Source: a virus (lineage: Duplodnaviria; Caudoviricetes). Taken from it: DNA of 44,990 nt. The stretch lies in IMG/VR virus record IMGVR_UViG_3300024287_000001, positions 1-44,990 of that record; one strand, written 5' to 3'. Positions 24,823 to 33,154 of the stretch are shown here, one piece after another. A model generated the notes under the pieces. It had not been told where the DNA came from. It saw only the letters and a program-made list of their open reading frames with translations, and searched no databases. Made by a program: the position numbers and the translations under genes. Positions within the stretch are counted from its first letter, which is position 1. The number at the start of each line of letters is the position of its first letter.

Positions 24823-25008
24823 CTAGTTACCCTTGTGCCTTGCGACTGCTGCGACTCCCGCAAAGAAGATGCTGTAGCCGACGAACGCTCCACCAGCCAG
24901 GGAAACGAGAATCTGATTCCCCGGTGTGGTGAACGCGTAGATCAGCCCCAGGACCCCGACAACACCAAGAAGGCTGCTAGCGGTTGCCATTGCTGAAGAA
25001 AATCGCAT
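24823..25008 (-). CDS. Early membrane protein (2 TM)
   Basis: Shared SD AAGGGAGAGAG; two hydrophobic segments. Confidence 0.8.
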   Translation of the reverse strand: MRFSSAMATASSLLGVVGVLGLIYAFTTPGNQILVSLAGGAFVGYSIFFAGVAAVARHKGN

Positions 25009-25090
25009 CTCTCTCCCTTGATCAGCCCCTAGTTGGGCAAGTCAACCACCCTCCCTGAAGGGAGGGTGGCTCAATGAACACTAGGAACTA

Positions 25091-25543
25091 CTACTTCTTT
25101 TCATAGTACAGGTCGACCAGGCGTGCATGCAGAGCCTGCATGCCTCCGTCGCCATTGATGTCGTCACCGGGCAACGCCGTTTCGACGTGATCGATGTTGG
25201 CCGTGTTGAGGCGACCGCTGGGGTGGGCGTCCGAGATGGTGCCCTCACCCACCCTGTGCACCAAGGACTTGCCCCGGAGGGGGATGGTGTTCCTGAGCGC
25301 TTCCGCCTCGGCGCTGACGTCCTCGCCAACCATGGCGCGGGCCACCAGCTTTGCGGTCTCCCGAACCAGCTCGGGGCTCGGCTCCGTGTCGTCATCCACG
25401 ACCAGTTCGGTCTGAACGGCCCAAGGTCCTACGTAGGTGATCATGTAGGGCTGCTTGGAGTCCAGTTGCCGAACGTTGTTGCGGTCGGAGATGCCGTTCT
25501 CGGCGGGGTTCATGTCGCCCATCGAGTCACACTTCCAGCACAT
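25091..25543 (-). CDS. Early hypothetical protein
   Basis: Shared SD directly upstream. Confidence 0.8.
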   Translation of the reverse strand: MCWKCDSMGDMNPAENGISDRNNVRQLDSKQPYMITYVGPWAVQTELVVDDDTEPSPELVRETAKLVARAMVGEDVSAEAEALRNTIPLRGKSLVHRVGEGTISDAHPSGRLNTANIDHVETALPGDDINGDGGMQALHARLVDLYYEKK

Positions 25544-25621
25544 TTTCTCTCTCCCTTGATTGTTCTGATCGGCTGTAGTGCCGTCTCAACGCACGGCCCG
25601 GAGGCCGTGCGCTCAGCTTAG

Positions 25622-25756
25622 CTACAGAGTTTCGTCGTCCAGCTCCCAGTCAAGCGCGGTGTTTTCGTCGTTCTCTTCGTCTGCCATGATCACCTCACAG
25701 GCGTAGCAGTCGTACAGCGTTCCGGGCCAGTGCGGGTAATCCACGTGATTCACCAT
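25622..25756 (-). CDS. 44-aa early protein
   Basis: MVNHVDYPHWPGTLYDCYACEV...; stop lies in the repeat stem. Confidence 0.65.
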   Translation of the reverse strand: MVNHVDYPHWPGTLYDCYACEVIMADEENDENTALDWELDDETL

Positions 25757-25965
25757 GACTCATCCTCCTCCGAGAACATGAGATCCCACACCCTTGCGGG
25801 GTAGTTCTCTAGGTGCTGCTCGATCTCCGCAGCGGTCGCGTAGAGACTGCCGTCACCGTGGTACTCACGGCACAGCCAAACCTCTTGACCCTCTGCATTG
25901 ACCTCGAACACGCCCCAAGTGGCGTAGTGGCGCTTTTCGATGCGGAATGCCTGATTGCGCCTCAT
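25750..25965 (-). CDS. Early hypothetical protein
   Basis: ATGA coupling; SD AGGAG. Confidence 0.7.
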   Translation of the reverse strand: MRRNQAFRIEKRHYATWGVFEVNAEGQEVWLCREYHGDGSLYATAAEIEQHLENYPARVWDLMFSEEDESW

Positions 25966-26354
25966 GATTCACCGCTCCTGTCAACCACCGTGAAGATGGT
26001 GACGACGGAGGGGTCGCCGGGCCTTGACGGGCGAAGAATGGCCCCGTCGACGGTGGCGTTGTCCACCTTCACCGAGCTCAACTGCGCGATGTCTTGGCTG
26101 GACCACTCAATCCAGAGGGTGGTCGCTTCCGCCTCGGTGTCCACGAAGTGCTCCGTGGTTCCGTAGCGGTACTCACCCTTGGTGTTATTGGTGATCCGGA
26201 TGTGGAATCGCTTCGCGGCATTCCGGCGCCGCTCGATGTCCGTGTTGACCAGCCCAAAAAGGGCTGCGTCGTAGTCGTCCTCGGTAAGCAGGCCGCGGTC
26301 GAACTTCTGGGAGGCCATTTCGATGGACTGCCACAGTTCGATGTTGTCGCTCAT
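25962..26354 (-). CDS. Early hypothetical protein
   Basis: Start reassigned to MSDNIELW after the shared SD. Confidence 0.8.
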   Translation of the reverse strand: MSDNIELWQSIEMASQKFDRGLLTEDDYDAALFGLVNTDIERRRNAAKRFHIRITNNTKGEYRYGTTEHFVDTEAEATTLWIEWSSQDIAQLSSVKVDNATVDGAILRPSRPGDPSVVTIFTVVDRSGES

Positions 26355-26429
26355 TCTCTCTCCCTTTGTCGGCTGAGATGCCGTCCCAACCAACGGGCCG
26401 CCGAAGCGGCCCGAAGGCTCGGAGTGGTC

Positions 26430-26726
26430 TCAGCTGTCGAGCATGTATTCCCACGCGGCGGTGAGGTTGTCGTAGTCCTCCTGGTGATTCCAGGCGTTCA
26501 GCTGCTCCCCGGTGAGCTCAAAGCCGTAGGCGGTCTGCCGCTTACGGTCTCCATACAGGCCGATGAGCGGCAGAGCGTCCATGTAGTGCCCGTAGAGCTG
26601 CCCCAGGATGCAGTCCTCCTGACTGCCGAGATCCAGGATGGTGCGCTCAATCTCTCCGCGCCATCCGGGCCGGATGTCGTCCAGGAATTCCATGCCAGCC
26701 TGCACACGCTCAAGTGTGGTAGCCAT
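26430..26726 (-). CDS. Early hypothetical protein
   Basis: Start MATTLERV after the shared SD; stop in the repeat stem. Confidence 0.8.
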   Translation of the reverse strand: MATTLERVQAGMEFLDDIRPGWRGEIERTILDLGSQEDCILGQLYGHYMDALPLIGLYGDRKRQTAYGFELTGEQLNAWNHQEDYDNLTAAWEYMLDS

Positions 26727-26802
26727 TTTCTCTCTCCCTTTGTCGATCATCATGTGGCCATGATGCCGTCGCAACGCTCCCTTTCGGGAGCGCTCCGAGT
26801 GG

Positions 26803-27027
26803 TCATGGACGGTTGGCGCCCGGCAGGCCCTGCAGCTTGCCGTACTTGTTGATCCACCTGAACACCTTGCATTCACCGACGCCGATTCCCCCGGTCCACG
26901 TCAGGGGCTTCCAGCACGTGAAGCAGAGGACCTCTTCGTGGTGGTCATGAAAGAACACAACCAATTGGCTGGGTTCTTTCGGGCAACGGTCGCAGGACTT
27001 GAAGATGGGGCCTGTGTACTTAGCCAT
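26803..27027 (-). CDS. Early protein with two CxxC motifs
   Basis: TGATG-coupled MAKYTGP; stop in the repeat stem. Confidence 0.7.
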   Translation of the reverse strand: MAKYTGPIFKSCDRCPKEPSQLVVFFHDHHEEVLCFTCWKPLTWTGGIGVGECKVFRWINKYGKLQGLPGANRP

Positions 27028-27215
27028 CAGATGCTCACCATCTTTCCGTCCAGGTAGGTGTAGCACGTCTTGTTGGTGCTGTCGTACCGACCCAGAACGC
27101 GGTACGCCCCAGCCTTGCTGAGGCCGGTGTAAATGGCGATTGCGTGGTTACGCCAACCGAAGACATACGGGGCGAACACGCGGACCTCGAAATCCTTGCC
27201 CAGTTCAACACTCAT
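27027..27215 (-). CDS. Early hypothetical protein
   Basis: Shared SD directly upstream. Confidence 0.8.
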   Translation of the reverse strand: MSVELGKDFEVRVFAPYVFGWRNHAIAIYTGLSKAGAYRVLGRYDSTNKTCYTYLDGKMVSI

Positions 27216-27283
27216 TGTTCTCTCTCCCTTTGTCGGCTGAGATGCCGAGTCAAGCGGCCCCGGAGGGCCGCCTCACGCTGGTC

Positions 27284-27559
27284 TCAGACACTCTCGCTGC
27301 GAAGCTTGATGTCATTCAGTGTGCGAATGATGGTGTGGAGGCGGTCGAAAGCCTCGCGGGCGGTGTGGCCCAAAACGCCGTAATCGACGCCAATGGGCGA
27401 GTCGCCCATGCCGACGTACCGAATAGACCACGGAATGCCCATGCTGGGCGTGCCTTCGGTGTACTGCAAGCCGCCGTCAAGCAGGTCATGCGCCTGAAGC
27501 GTGCGAACGTAGGCGTCCACAGCGTTCTGAAGCATGCCCCTGGTGATTCGCTGCGCCAT
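27284..27559 (-). CDS. Early hypothetical protein
   Basis: Start MAQRITRG after the shared SD; stop in the repeat stem. Confidence 0.8.
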   Translation of the reverse strand: MAQRITRGMLQNAVDAYVRTLQAHDLLDGGLQYTEGTPSMGIPWSIRYVGMGDSPIGVDYGVLGHTAREAFDRLHTIIRTLNDIKLRSESV

Positions 27560-27632
27560 TGTTCTCTCTCCCATTCATTCGGCTGAGATGCCGTGGCAAC
27601 GGCCACTCAAGGGTGGCCGCTCCCGGGAGGTC

Positions 27633-27695
27633 TCAGACGGTGCGGTACAGGTAGCCGATGAACCAGACGAGCCCCGCAAGGGCCAGGAAGGCCAT
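27633..27695 (-). CDS. 20-aa hydrophobic peptide
   Basis: MAFLALAGLVWFIGYLYRTV; TGATG-coupled, stop falls on the repeat's TGA. Confidence 0.6.
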   Translation of the reverse strand: MAFLALAGLVWFIGYLYRTV

Positions 27696-27970
27696 CAGTA
27701 TTCGTCGTGGTGGCACGGCTGAGGCAGCCAGTACGGCTTCTGCCCCAGGCGCTCATCGATGGCGGCGGTGTCAAGGTAAATGGTGCCACTGCCATCCATC
27801 CGCCGGACGATGTACATACTGTCGCCGGACTCCGTGAATCCGAAGAACTGCCACACCTGGTAGACGTGCCCGTTCATCTCGAACACGCTGTCCAGGTACC
27901 ACTCATCCTTGCAACGGTCGCAGTACGCGGAACCGTCGACGGTGAAGTGTCGGCACTGTTCGTGCGTCAT
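27695..27970 (-). CDS. Early hypothetical protein
   Basis: SD GAGGAG before MTHEQC. Confidence 0.7.
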   Translation of the reverse strand: MTHEQCRHFTVDGSAYCDRCKDEWYLDSVFEMNGHVYQVWQFFGFTESGDSMYIVRRMDGSGTIYLDTAAIDERLGQKPYWLPQPCHHDEY

Positions 27971-27972
27971 GA

Positions 27973-28143
27973 TCAGATCTCCTCTTGGGTGCGAATAGCG
28001 CCGGAAAGGGTGACAGTCCATCCGGGAAAGCCCTGAATGGCTTCGGTGGCACGCTCGGTTGCATCCTCCAGGGAGTTGCCCCAGGCGGAGACAATGACGT
28101 CCGTGCCGTAGTCACTGATCATGATCGCTTCATACTCAATCAT
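27973..28143 (-). CDS. Early hypothetical protein
   Basis: Start MIEYEAI after the shared SD. Confidence 0.78.
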   Translation of the reverse strand: MIEYEAIMISDYGTDVIVSAWGNSLEDATERATEAIQGFPGWTVTLSGAIRTQEEI

Positions 28144-28210
28144 GTCTCTCTCCCTTTGGTCGGCTGAGATGCCGTCACAACGGCCCCCGAAGGGGCCGCT
28201 CTGAGTGGTC

Positions 28211-28351
28211 TCAGACGCAAGCGTCACAGTTGCAGAAGCTGATGATGATCAGACAATCTTCGCAGTCAACCTCAGTGGGTCGCAGCGACACGTCATCGTC
28301 GGCGGAGTTGAATTTCCCGCATGCGGTGAAGCTTTCTCCGTAGTGGATCAC
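28211..28351 (-). CDS. 46-aa Cys-rich early protein
   Basis: GTGA-coupled; H..ACG..VDCEDC..CNCDAC; stop in the repeat stem. Confidence 0.65.
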   Translation of the reverse strand: MIHYGESFTACGKFNSADDDVSLRPTEVDCEDCLIIISFCNCDACV

Positions 28352-28509
28352 GATTCGTCCTCGCTCTCGCGCTCCATCAGGATCAGCTCAATTGTGTGAG
28401 CTTCCTCCTGAGTGACGTTCAGCCAGCGAGTCTCCCCGTTGCTGGACGTCACCTTGACGCGCATGTCGGAGCCGCTCAGCTTGTTGAATTCGCGCTCGAT
28501 GTAGCCCAT
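28348..28509 (-). CDS. Early hypothetical protein
   Basis: Start MGYIEREF after the shared SD. Confidence 0.78.
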   Translation of the reverse strand: MGYIEREFNKLSGSDMRVKVTSSNGETRWLNVTQEEAHTIELILMERESEDES

Positions 28510-28576
28510 GATCTCTCTCCCTTTGTCGGCTGAGATGCCGTCGCAACGCTCCCTTTCGGGAGCGCTCCGAGTGGTC

Positions 28577-28786
28577 TCAGTAGACGTATCGATTGGCCGC
28601 GAAAGCCACTTCCCACTCCTGTGCGACGGGCCACCAGGCGACCACGTAGGTGCCTTCCTCGCGGTCATCCCAGAGGCTGATCTCCGCACCGGCGGCCAGC
28701 CATTCATCGGCTATCGCGCCGACACTTTCCTCCCGAGTGATGAAGCATTCGAGGGTTGCGCTGTCAATCAGGCGGTTGAGCATCAC
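28577..28786 (-). CDS. Early hypothetical protein
   Basis: GTGA-coupled; stop in the repeat stem. Confidence 0.7.
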   Translation of the reverse strand: MMLNRLIDSATLECFITREESVGAIADEWLAAGAEISLWDDREEGTYVVAWWPVAQEWEVAFAANRYVY

Positions 28787-28899
28787 GACTCATCCTCACT
28801 CTGCGTGGTGTACAGCTGGTTGCTGGCGGAGGTGATGAGGTCCATGTCCTCCAGCTCACTGAGCTCCCGGTTCATGCGTTCTTCGCAGAACGTGTCCAT
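28783..28899 (-). CDS. 38-aa acidic early protein
   Basis: MDTFCEERMN...; starts 2 nt after the previous stop. Confidence 0.55.
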   Translation of the reverse strand: MDTFCEERMNRELSELEDMDLITSASNQLYTTQSEDES

Positions 28900-28901
28900 G
28901 G

Positions 28902-29087
28902 TCAGTCCCCCCATACCCACGCTGCGCGGTCCGTGCAGGTTTCGCACGTTCCGCAAGTGCAGGTGACCTTGACGTCGTCCGCACCACACGCCCACAGAAT
29001 GTCGGCGTACAGGTCGGCCACGTCCCTTTCCCAGCCGCCCTGAGTGATCACTCGACCATCAGGCCACTTGACCGTAATTTCAAACAT
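28902..29087 (-). CDS. First early gene, C-terminal CxCxxCxxC
   Basis: Shared SD directly upstream. Confidence 0.78.
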   Translation of the reverse strand: MFEITVKWPDGRVITQGGWERDVADLYADILWACGADDVKVTCTCGTCETCTDRAAWVWGD

Positions 29088-29426
29088 GTCTCTCTCCCTT
29101 GTCTAAACGCACGGCATCGAGCCGTGCGCCTACAGCCACGGGAAGGGCCTCAAGACGGCCACAAGGACCACCAAGCGCCCTTCCCGCACTGTATAGCTAG
29201 GGAAAGAGAGAGGATGCGTGCGAACTCGATCAGGCCGCGTCGCTACCAGCATTACCCGTCATCCCAATCAAGGGATAAGCGACGGCTAGGGGCTGGACAC
29301 CCATTGCCTACGGACTGTCGCGCTACCTACTTGATCTAGGGCGCTCACCGCGAGCTCAACGGATGCTGTCATGGCGACAGGCACCTGATGCGCTTGCCCT
29401 CATGTTCGAGGGGCTCGCACGCTGCT

Positions 29427-29449
29427 CACTATTGAATTCACAAGGAACG
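29427..29449 (-). promoter_or_regulatory. rrn boxA-like antitermination element, copy 2
   Basis: CGTTCCTTGTGAATTCAATAGTG resembles the actinobacterial rrn boxA as recalled (GTT..TTGAGAACTCAAYAG). Confidence 0.65.
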
Positions 29450-29940
29450 TGGGTTCATTTCAGGGATTGTGAACGCGGTCTGCCATCCTGTCTGCGCCAA
29501 GCTCTGAAAGCCTTGACTAGGCTGTTGTAGCCCTCCGAAGAGAACCCGCCACGACACCGACTACGTGTCCCTGTCCTGCCACTACAGGGCCCCCTGGACG
29601 CTGCCTCACCTGACCGAGTGGCCCCAGGTCGCCTGCCCACCTGAGAGAGCGTGAGGGGGCATCCTGGAGCGTTCGGCGCGGTGCGACCCGTGAGGGAGCA
29701 CTGCTACCAGCGTGCCAACGTGTGTGTGTTGCGGGTAATGGTGCTGCCCCGCGTCTTGCTGTGTGACCAGGCTTGGAGTGTCCATCACGCCACTGACGTC
29801 CTGCCCTCCCGTAGGGGCTACGGACTAGCGTCAGTGCAACGCTTCTCACCCGCATGTCGCTGCGACCTGTACAAGCGCCTCTCGACTCCACCTGGCGCCC
29901 AAGGATCGGGCTCATGGGCATAGATCTGCCCGCTGGTGTG

Positions 29941-29964
29941 TTGGCACGCTGTTGAGTTCTCAAG
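29941..29964 (-). promoter_or_regulatory. rrn boxA-like element plus processing-stem 5' arm, copy 1
   Basis: CTTGAGAACTCAACAGCGTGCCAA matches the Streptomyces 16S leader as recalled; needs BLAST confirmation. Confidence 0.7.
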
Positions 29965-30489
29965 CCAGAGGCGCTCGGGCCTGTCCTGCGCCCTGCGCCC
30001 TCACGCCCCGCTGTGTGCTCGGGTCGTGCTGACAGGGAGAATCTCAACGGCAGTGAGCGCTTGCCATACAAGTCAAAGGTAGGTAAAGCCCGACCTACAG
30101 GAGGGCGCAAAGGGCCGCTGACCTGGGCTGATGGCCTTCTAAAGAATCTTGGAAACTCATGGCCTCTTGACTCGCTCTTTACCGAAACAGCCCTCGCGAG
30201 GTGGTTACTGATGAGTACGAAAGAAAGCACTTTCTAAAGGGTTTGTCCTTCAATGTCCTATGCACTACAAGCCTTGATACATAAGCAGGCTGTTTGGAAT
30301 CCATGGTCGCAGGGCCTGATGCCCTGCGTTCTGAAGGCAGATTGGTCGAAAGATCATGAGATCTAAGGGTCTGCCTGTAAGGGTTGGTGGGCTGTGGTGG
30401 TCCTTACTGTTGCCCTTCTCGTCAGGGTGACAATAGTCCCCCTCCTTCAAATCCATGCCTAAGCGCCCGCTTAGCCTTGATAATCCAGG

Positions 30490-30790
30490 CAGATTCATGG
30501 ATATCCCTGCGTTCAGCTACTTATCCGCCATTCATGGATATGAACAATTGCATGGGCCCTCAATTCAATGGACTGCCATTGGATTGTGCACAATCTATAT
30601 AGATTGCATGGGCCACCTATCTATGTAGCTATGCAAGTGTGCAGGCTGAAAGACTTAGGCGGAGTGGAATGCACAGCTGAAGACTTTAGGCTTGAAGGCT
30701 GCACATCCCAAGGCTTTCTCGATAAACTCTTCAGCCTGCATAAAGTTGACCCGGGCATGTTTAATCGGGGCCGTGTGTGTGTGTGTGAGA
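30490..30790. repeat. AT-richer block of short direct repeats (candidate genome terminus/origin region)
   Basis: ATTCATGGATAT x2, ATTGCATGGGCC x2, GCTGAA(A)GACTT(T)AGGC x2, (GT)7 tract. Confidence 0.6.
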
Positions 30791-30801
30791 CCCCTTCCAG
30801 A

Positions 30802-30817
30802 TGTAACATGGATCACA
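30802..30817. promoter_or_regulatory. CRP-like palindrome upstream of the late operon
   Basis: TGTAA-N6-TCACA. Confidence 0.35.
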
Positions 30818-31010
30818 GGGCAACAGTCCAGACAGTCTACGCAGAGTTACCAAAGAGGGGAGTCTATGTGACTCCCCGTAGATAGTTGGTAAAGGTTTGG
30901 TCAAGCAACGTCACTTGACGGCCAGGTGACGGGTATATCCAGTAGTGAGGGAACGAAGTGACCGAACAGTCTAAGTAGTTCTCTAAAGACTTTAAAAGAT
31001 TGAGTACTTC

Positions 31011-31036
31011 AGGGAACCCCCTTTAGGGGGGTTCCC
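31011..31036 (+). other. Strong hairpin in the late-operon leader
   Basis: GGGAACCCCC-TTTA-GGGGGGTTCCC. Confidence 0.6.
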
Positions 31037-31168
31037 GTAGAGCTCTCAAGTATTGAGTACTATAAAGGGGCCTACGGCTAACGCCGGATATTCCTCCGCC
31101 AACCACTGGTGGTTCCGCACGGATTGTGCGAAGCACGAATCGTGCAGATCTATTAAGGAGATTGGCGA

Positions 31169-33154
31169 ATGGCGAAAGTCTATGTCACCGAGGACGGGAA
31201 GCAGCACAAGAAGATTCCGGTAGCCCGGGTCCGGCCTAAAGCCGGACCTGAATCAAATGCCAGAAGCGGATCTCGCGGCGACCCCAAAGTCAGGGCGGGT
31301 AAGGAGACGGTACTCAAGTACCTCCAGCTCGGTCAGACTCAGAAGCAGGCTGCTGACGATTTGGGGATTCACCCCAACACGATTCAGTACTGGCGGAACA
31401 GTGACCAGAACTTCCGGGCCGACATGGACCGGGTCAAGCTCATGGCTCACCCGGAGACCGCTACGGAGATCCGGGCGAACATGCCGGACTTCCCGGAGTT
31501 CTGCATGGAGTACCTGGACACGCAGCTCTTCTGGCACCAGCTCCAGTGGTACGACATCCTTGAAGGCCGTGAGCCGCGGGACCTGCATCCGTCCCAGGTG
31601 TACAAGCCTGGTGACCCCGGCATGGTCATCGTCAACACTCCGCCGGAGCATTCGAAGTCCACGACCATCACCGTGAACTACGTGACCTACAGGATCTGCC
31701 AGGACCCGAACATCCGAATCATCCTGGTGTCTCAGACTCAGGAGATGGCCAAGCGCTTCCTGCGAGCGATCAAGGATCGCCTCGCTGGGGCCAACCAGTC
31801 GTACAAGAAGCTTCAGCGTGAGTTCGCCCCCAACGGCGGCTTCGATGCCAACAGCGCTTCCTGGACTGCTGACGCGATCTACATCAACGCAGAGAGCCGA
31901 GACTCGGGCGAGGCGACTCCGACCGTACAGGCCCTTGGCATGAATGGTCAGATCTACGGTAACCGAGCTGACCTTATCATCCTTGACGACACGGTGACGG
32001 GAAAGAACGCCCATGAGTTCGAGAAGCAGATCGACTGGATTCAGCGAGAAGTCATCAACCGGCTCTCGTATCCTGGGGGAACCCTCCTTCTGGTGGGTAC
32101 CCGACTGGCTCCTGTCGAGCTCTACTCCGAGATCCAGAAGCCTGAGTGGTACGGGCAGGACGAAGAGTCTCCCTGGACCTACCTCACTCAGCCTGCCGTC
32201 CTGGAGTTCGCTGACGACCCTGACGACTGGCATGTTCTCGCACCCTGGACCAACCGACCCCCGGTGTCGCTGGGAGCAAGACGACTGGTTCAAAAGAACG
32301 CAGACGGCCTCTACCCCTGGCACTCAGGAAAAGCCCTAGCAAGACGACGCGCAACGTCGTCCTCGCAGAACTGGGCGATGGTCTACCAGCAGGAGCAGGT
32401 GACAGCAGATGCCATCTTCCCGCCCGACAAGGTTGCGGCTTCTATCGACGGTATGCGAGCCGCTGGCTTCATGCAGCGTGGAGCACCGGGACATAGGTCG
32501 AACGGGATGGACGGTCTCTACGTCATTGGAGGTTTTGACCCTGCCATCACAGGACACTCCGCTGCCGTCATCCTTGGTGTCGATCGCGTGTCCGGAGTGC
32601 GGTGGGTCCTGGACGTATGGACCCGTCCCAACTGCAAGCCAGATGACCTCTTCGACAAGATCAAAGAGTGGACCGTCAAGTACCACGTGAACGAATGGGT
32701 CATCGAGAAGAACGCGATGAACCTCATGGTCACGCAGAACCGGGAACTCCGGAACTTCCTCGGCTCCCACGGCACACACCTCCGAGAGCACTTCACAGGC
32801 AACAACAAGAACGACATTGACTTCGGTGTCGCTTCCATGTCGATGCTCTGGGACGGCGCCCTGGAGGGCAAGGGGCTGATCCGGCTTCCGAGCCGGAGTC
32901 AGCAGGAAGGTGTCAAGGCTCTCGTTGAGCAGCTGGTCACCTGGTTCCCGCAGTCCAAGGCCAAGCAGGACACGGTCATGGCCCTGTGGTTCGCAGAGAC
33001 CAAGGCCCGCGAGATCGTCAACAACATTGAGGGCATCTTCCATCTGAACAACGAATACCAGTCCGAGCGCGACAAGCAGCGCAACGTAACCATTGACCTG
33101 GACTTCCTGTCGCAGGCTGCAACGGTTGAAGGATCAGGAGAATGGTGGGGATGA
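31169..33154 (+). CDS. terL: Terminase large subunit with an N-terminal HTH extension
   Basis: Walker A PPEHSKST, Walker B LIILDD, nuclease GFDPA, IEKNA, QDTVMALWF. Confidence 0.93.
   Translation: MAKVYVTEDGKQHKKIPVARVRPKAGPESNARSGSRGDPKVRAGKETVLKYLQLGQTQKQAADDLGIHPNTIQYWRNSDQNFRADMDRVKLMAHPETATEIRANMPDFPEFCMEYLDTQLFWHQLQWYDILEGREPRDLHPSQVYKPGDPGMVIVNTPPEHSKSTTITVNYVTYRICQDPNIRIILVSQTQEMAKRFLRAIKDRLAGANQSYKKLQREFAPNGGFDANSASWTADAIYINAESRDSGEATPTVQALGMNGQIYGNRADLIILDDTVTGKNAHEFEKQIDWIQREVINRLSYPGGTLLLVGTRLAPVELYSEIQKPEWYGQDEESPWTYLTQPAVLEFADDPDDWHVLAPWTNRPPVSLGARRLVQKNADGLYPWHSGKALARRRATSSSQNWAMVYQQEQVTADAIFPPDKVAASIDGMRAAGFMQRGAPGHRSNGMDGLYVIGGFDPAITGHSAAVILGVDRVSGVRWVLDVWTRPNCKPDDLFDKIKEWTVKYHVNEWVIEKNAMNLMVTQNRELRNFLGSHGTHLREHFTGNNKNDIDFGVASMSMLWDGALEGKGLIRLPSRSQQEGVKALVEQLVTWFPQSKAKQDTVMALWFAETKAREIVNNIEGIFHLNNEYQSERDKQRNVTIDLDFLSQAATVEGSGEWWG

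Larger units (their letters stand above)
25009..29135 (-). repeat. Nine intergenic hairpin + extended-SD elements: 25009-25090, 25544-25627, 26355-26433, 26727-26808, 27216-27287, 27560-27636, 28144-28214, 28510-28580, 29088-29135
   Basis: Consensus CUGAGACC-ACUCGGAGC-[hairpin]-GUUGnGACGGCA-UCUCAG-CCGACAAAGGGAGAGAGA-n0-3-AUG; first and last copies divergent. Confidence 0.93.
29130..30030 (-). ncRNA. Long structured non-coding leader of the early operon
   Basis: No credible ORF; many long-range helices (see findings). Confidence 0.6.

Noticed and set aside
26355-28580. Hammerhead ribozymes in the repeats (CUGA...GAAA)
   Set aside because: CUGAGA is a paired, covarying stem rather than CUGAnGA; GAAA occurs only as a tetraloop in two copies
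25009-29135. CRISPR array or integron attC array
   Set aside because: Inter-repeat segments are whole genes of variable length (~270-730 nt); no cas operon, no tyrosine integrase and no RYYYAAC/GTTRRRY cores. The Cas4-like gene is an ordinary phage nuclease
30030-30080. Housekeeping-sigma promoter for the early leader
   Set aside because: TTGACT and a possible GAGATT -10 are present but wrongly spaced; the same applies to TTGACG at 30915
29124-30885. ORFs in the central non-coding region (e.g. 29517-30230)
   Set aside because: No SD, atypical composition, and they overlap the structured and repeat elements
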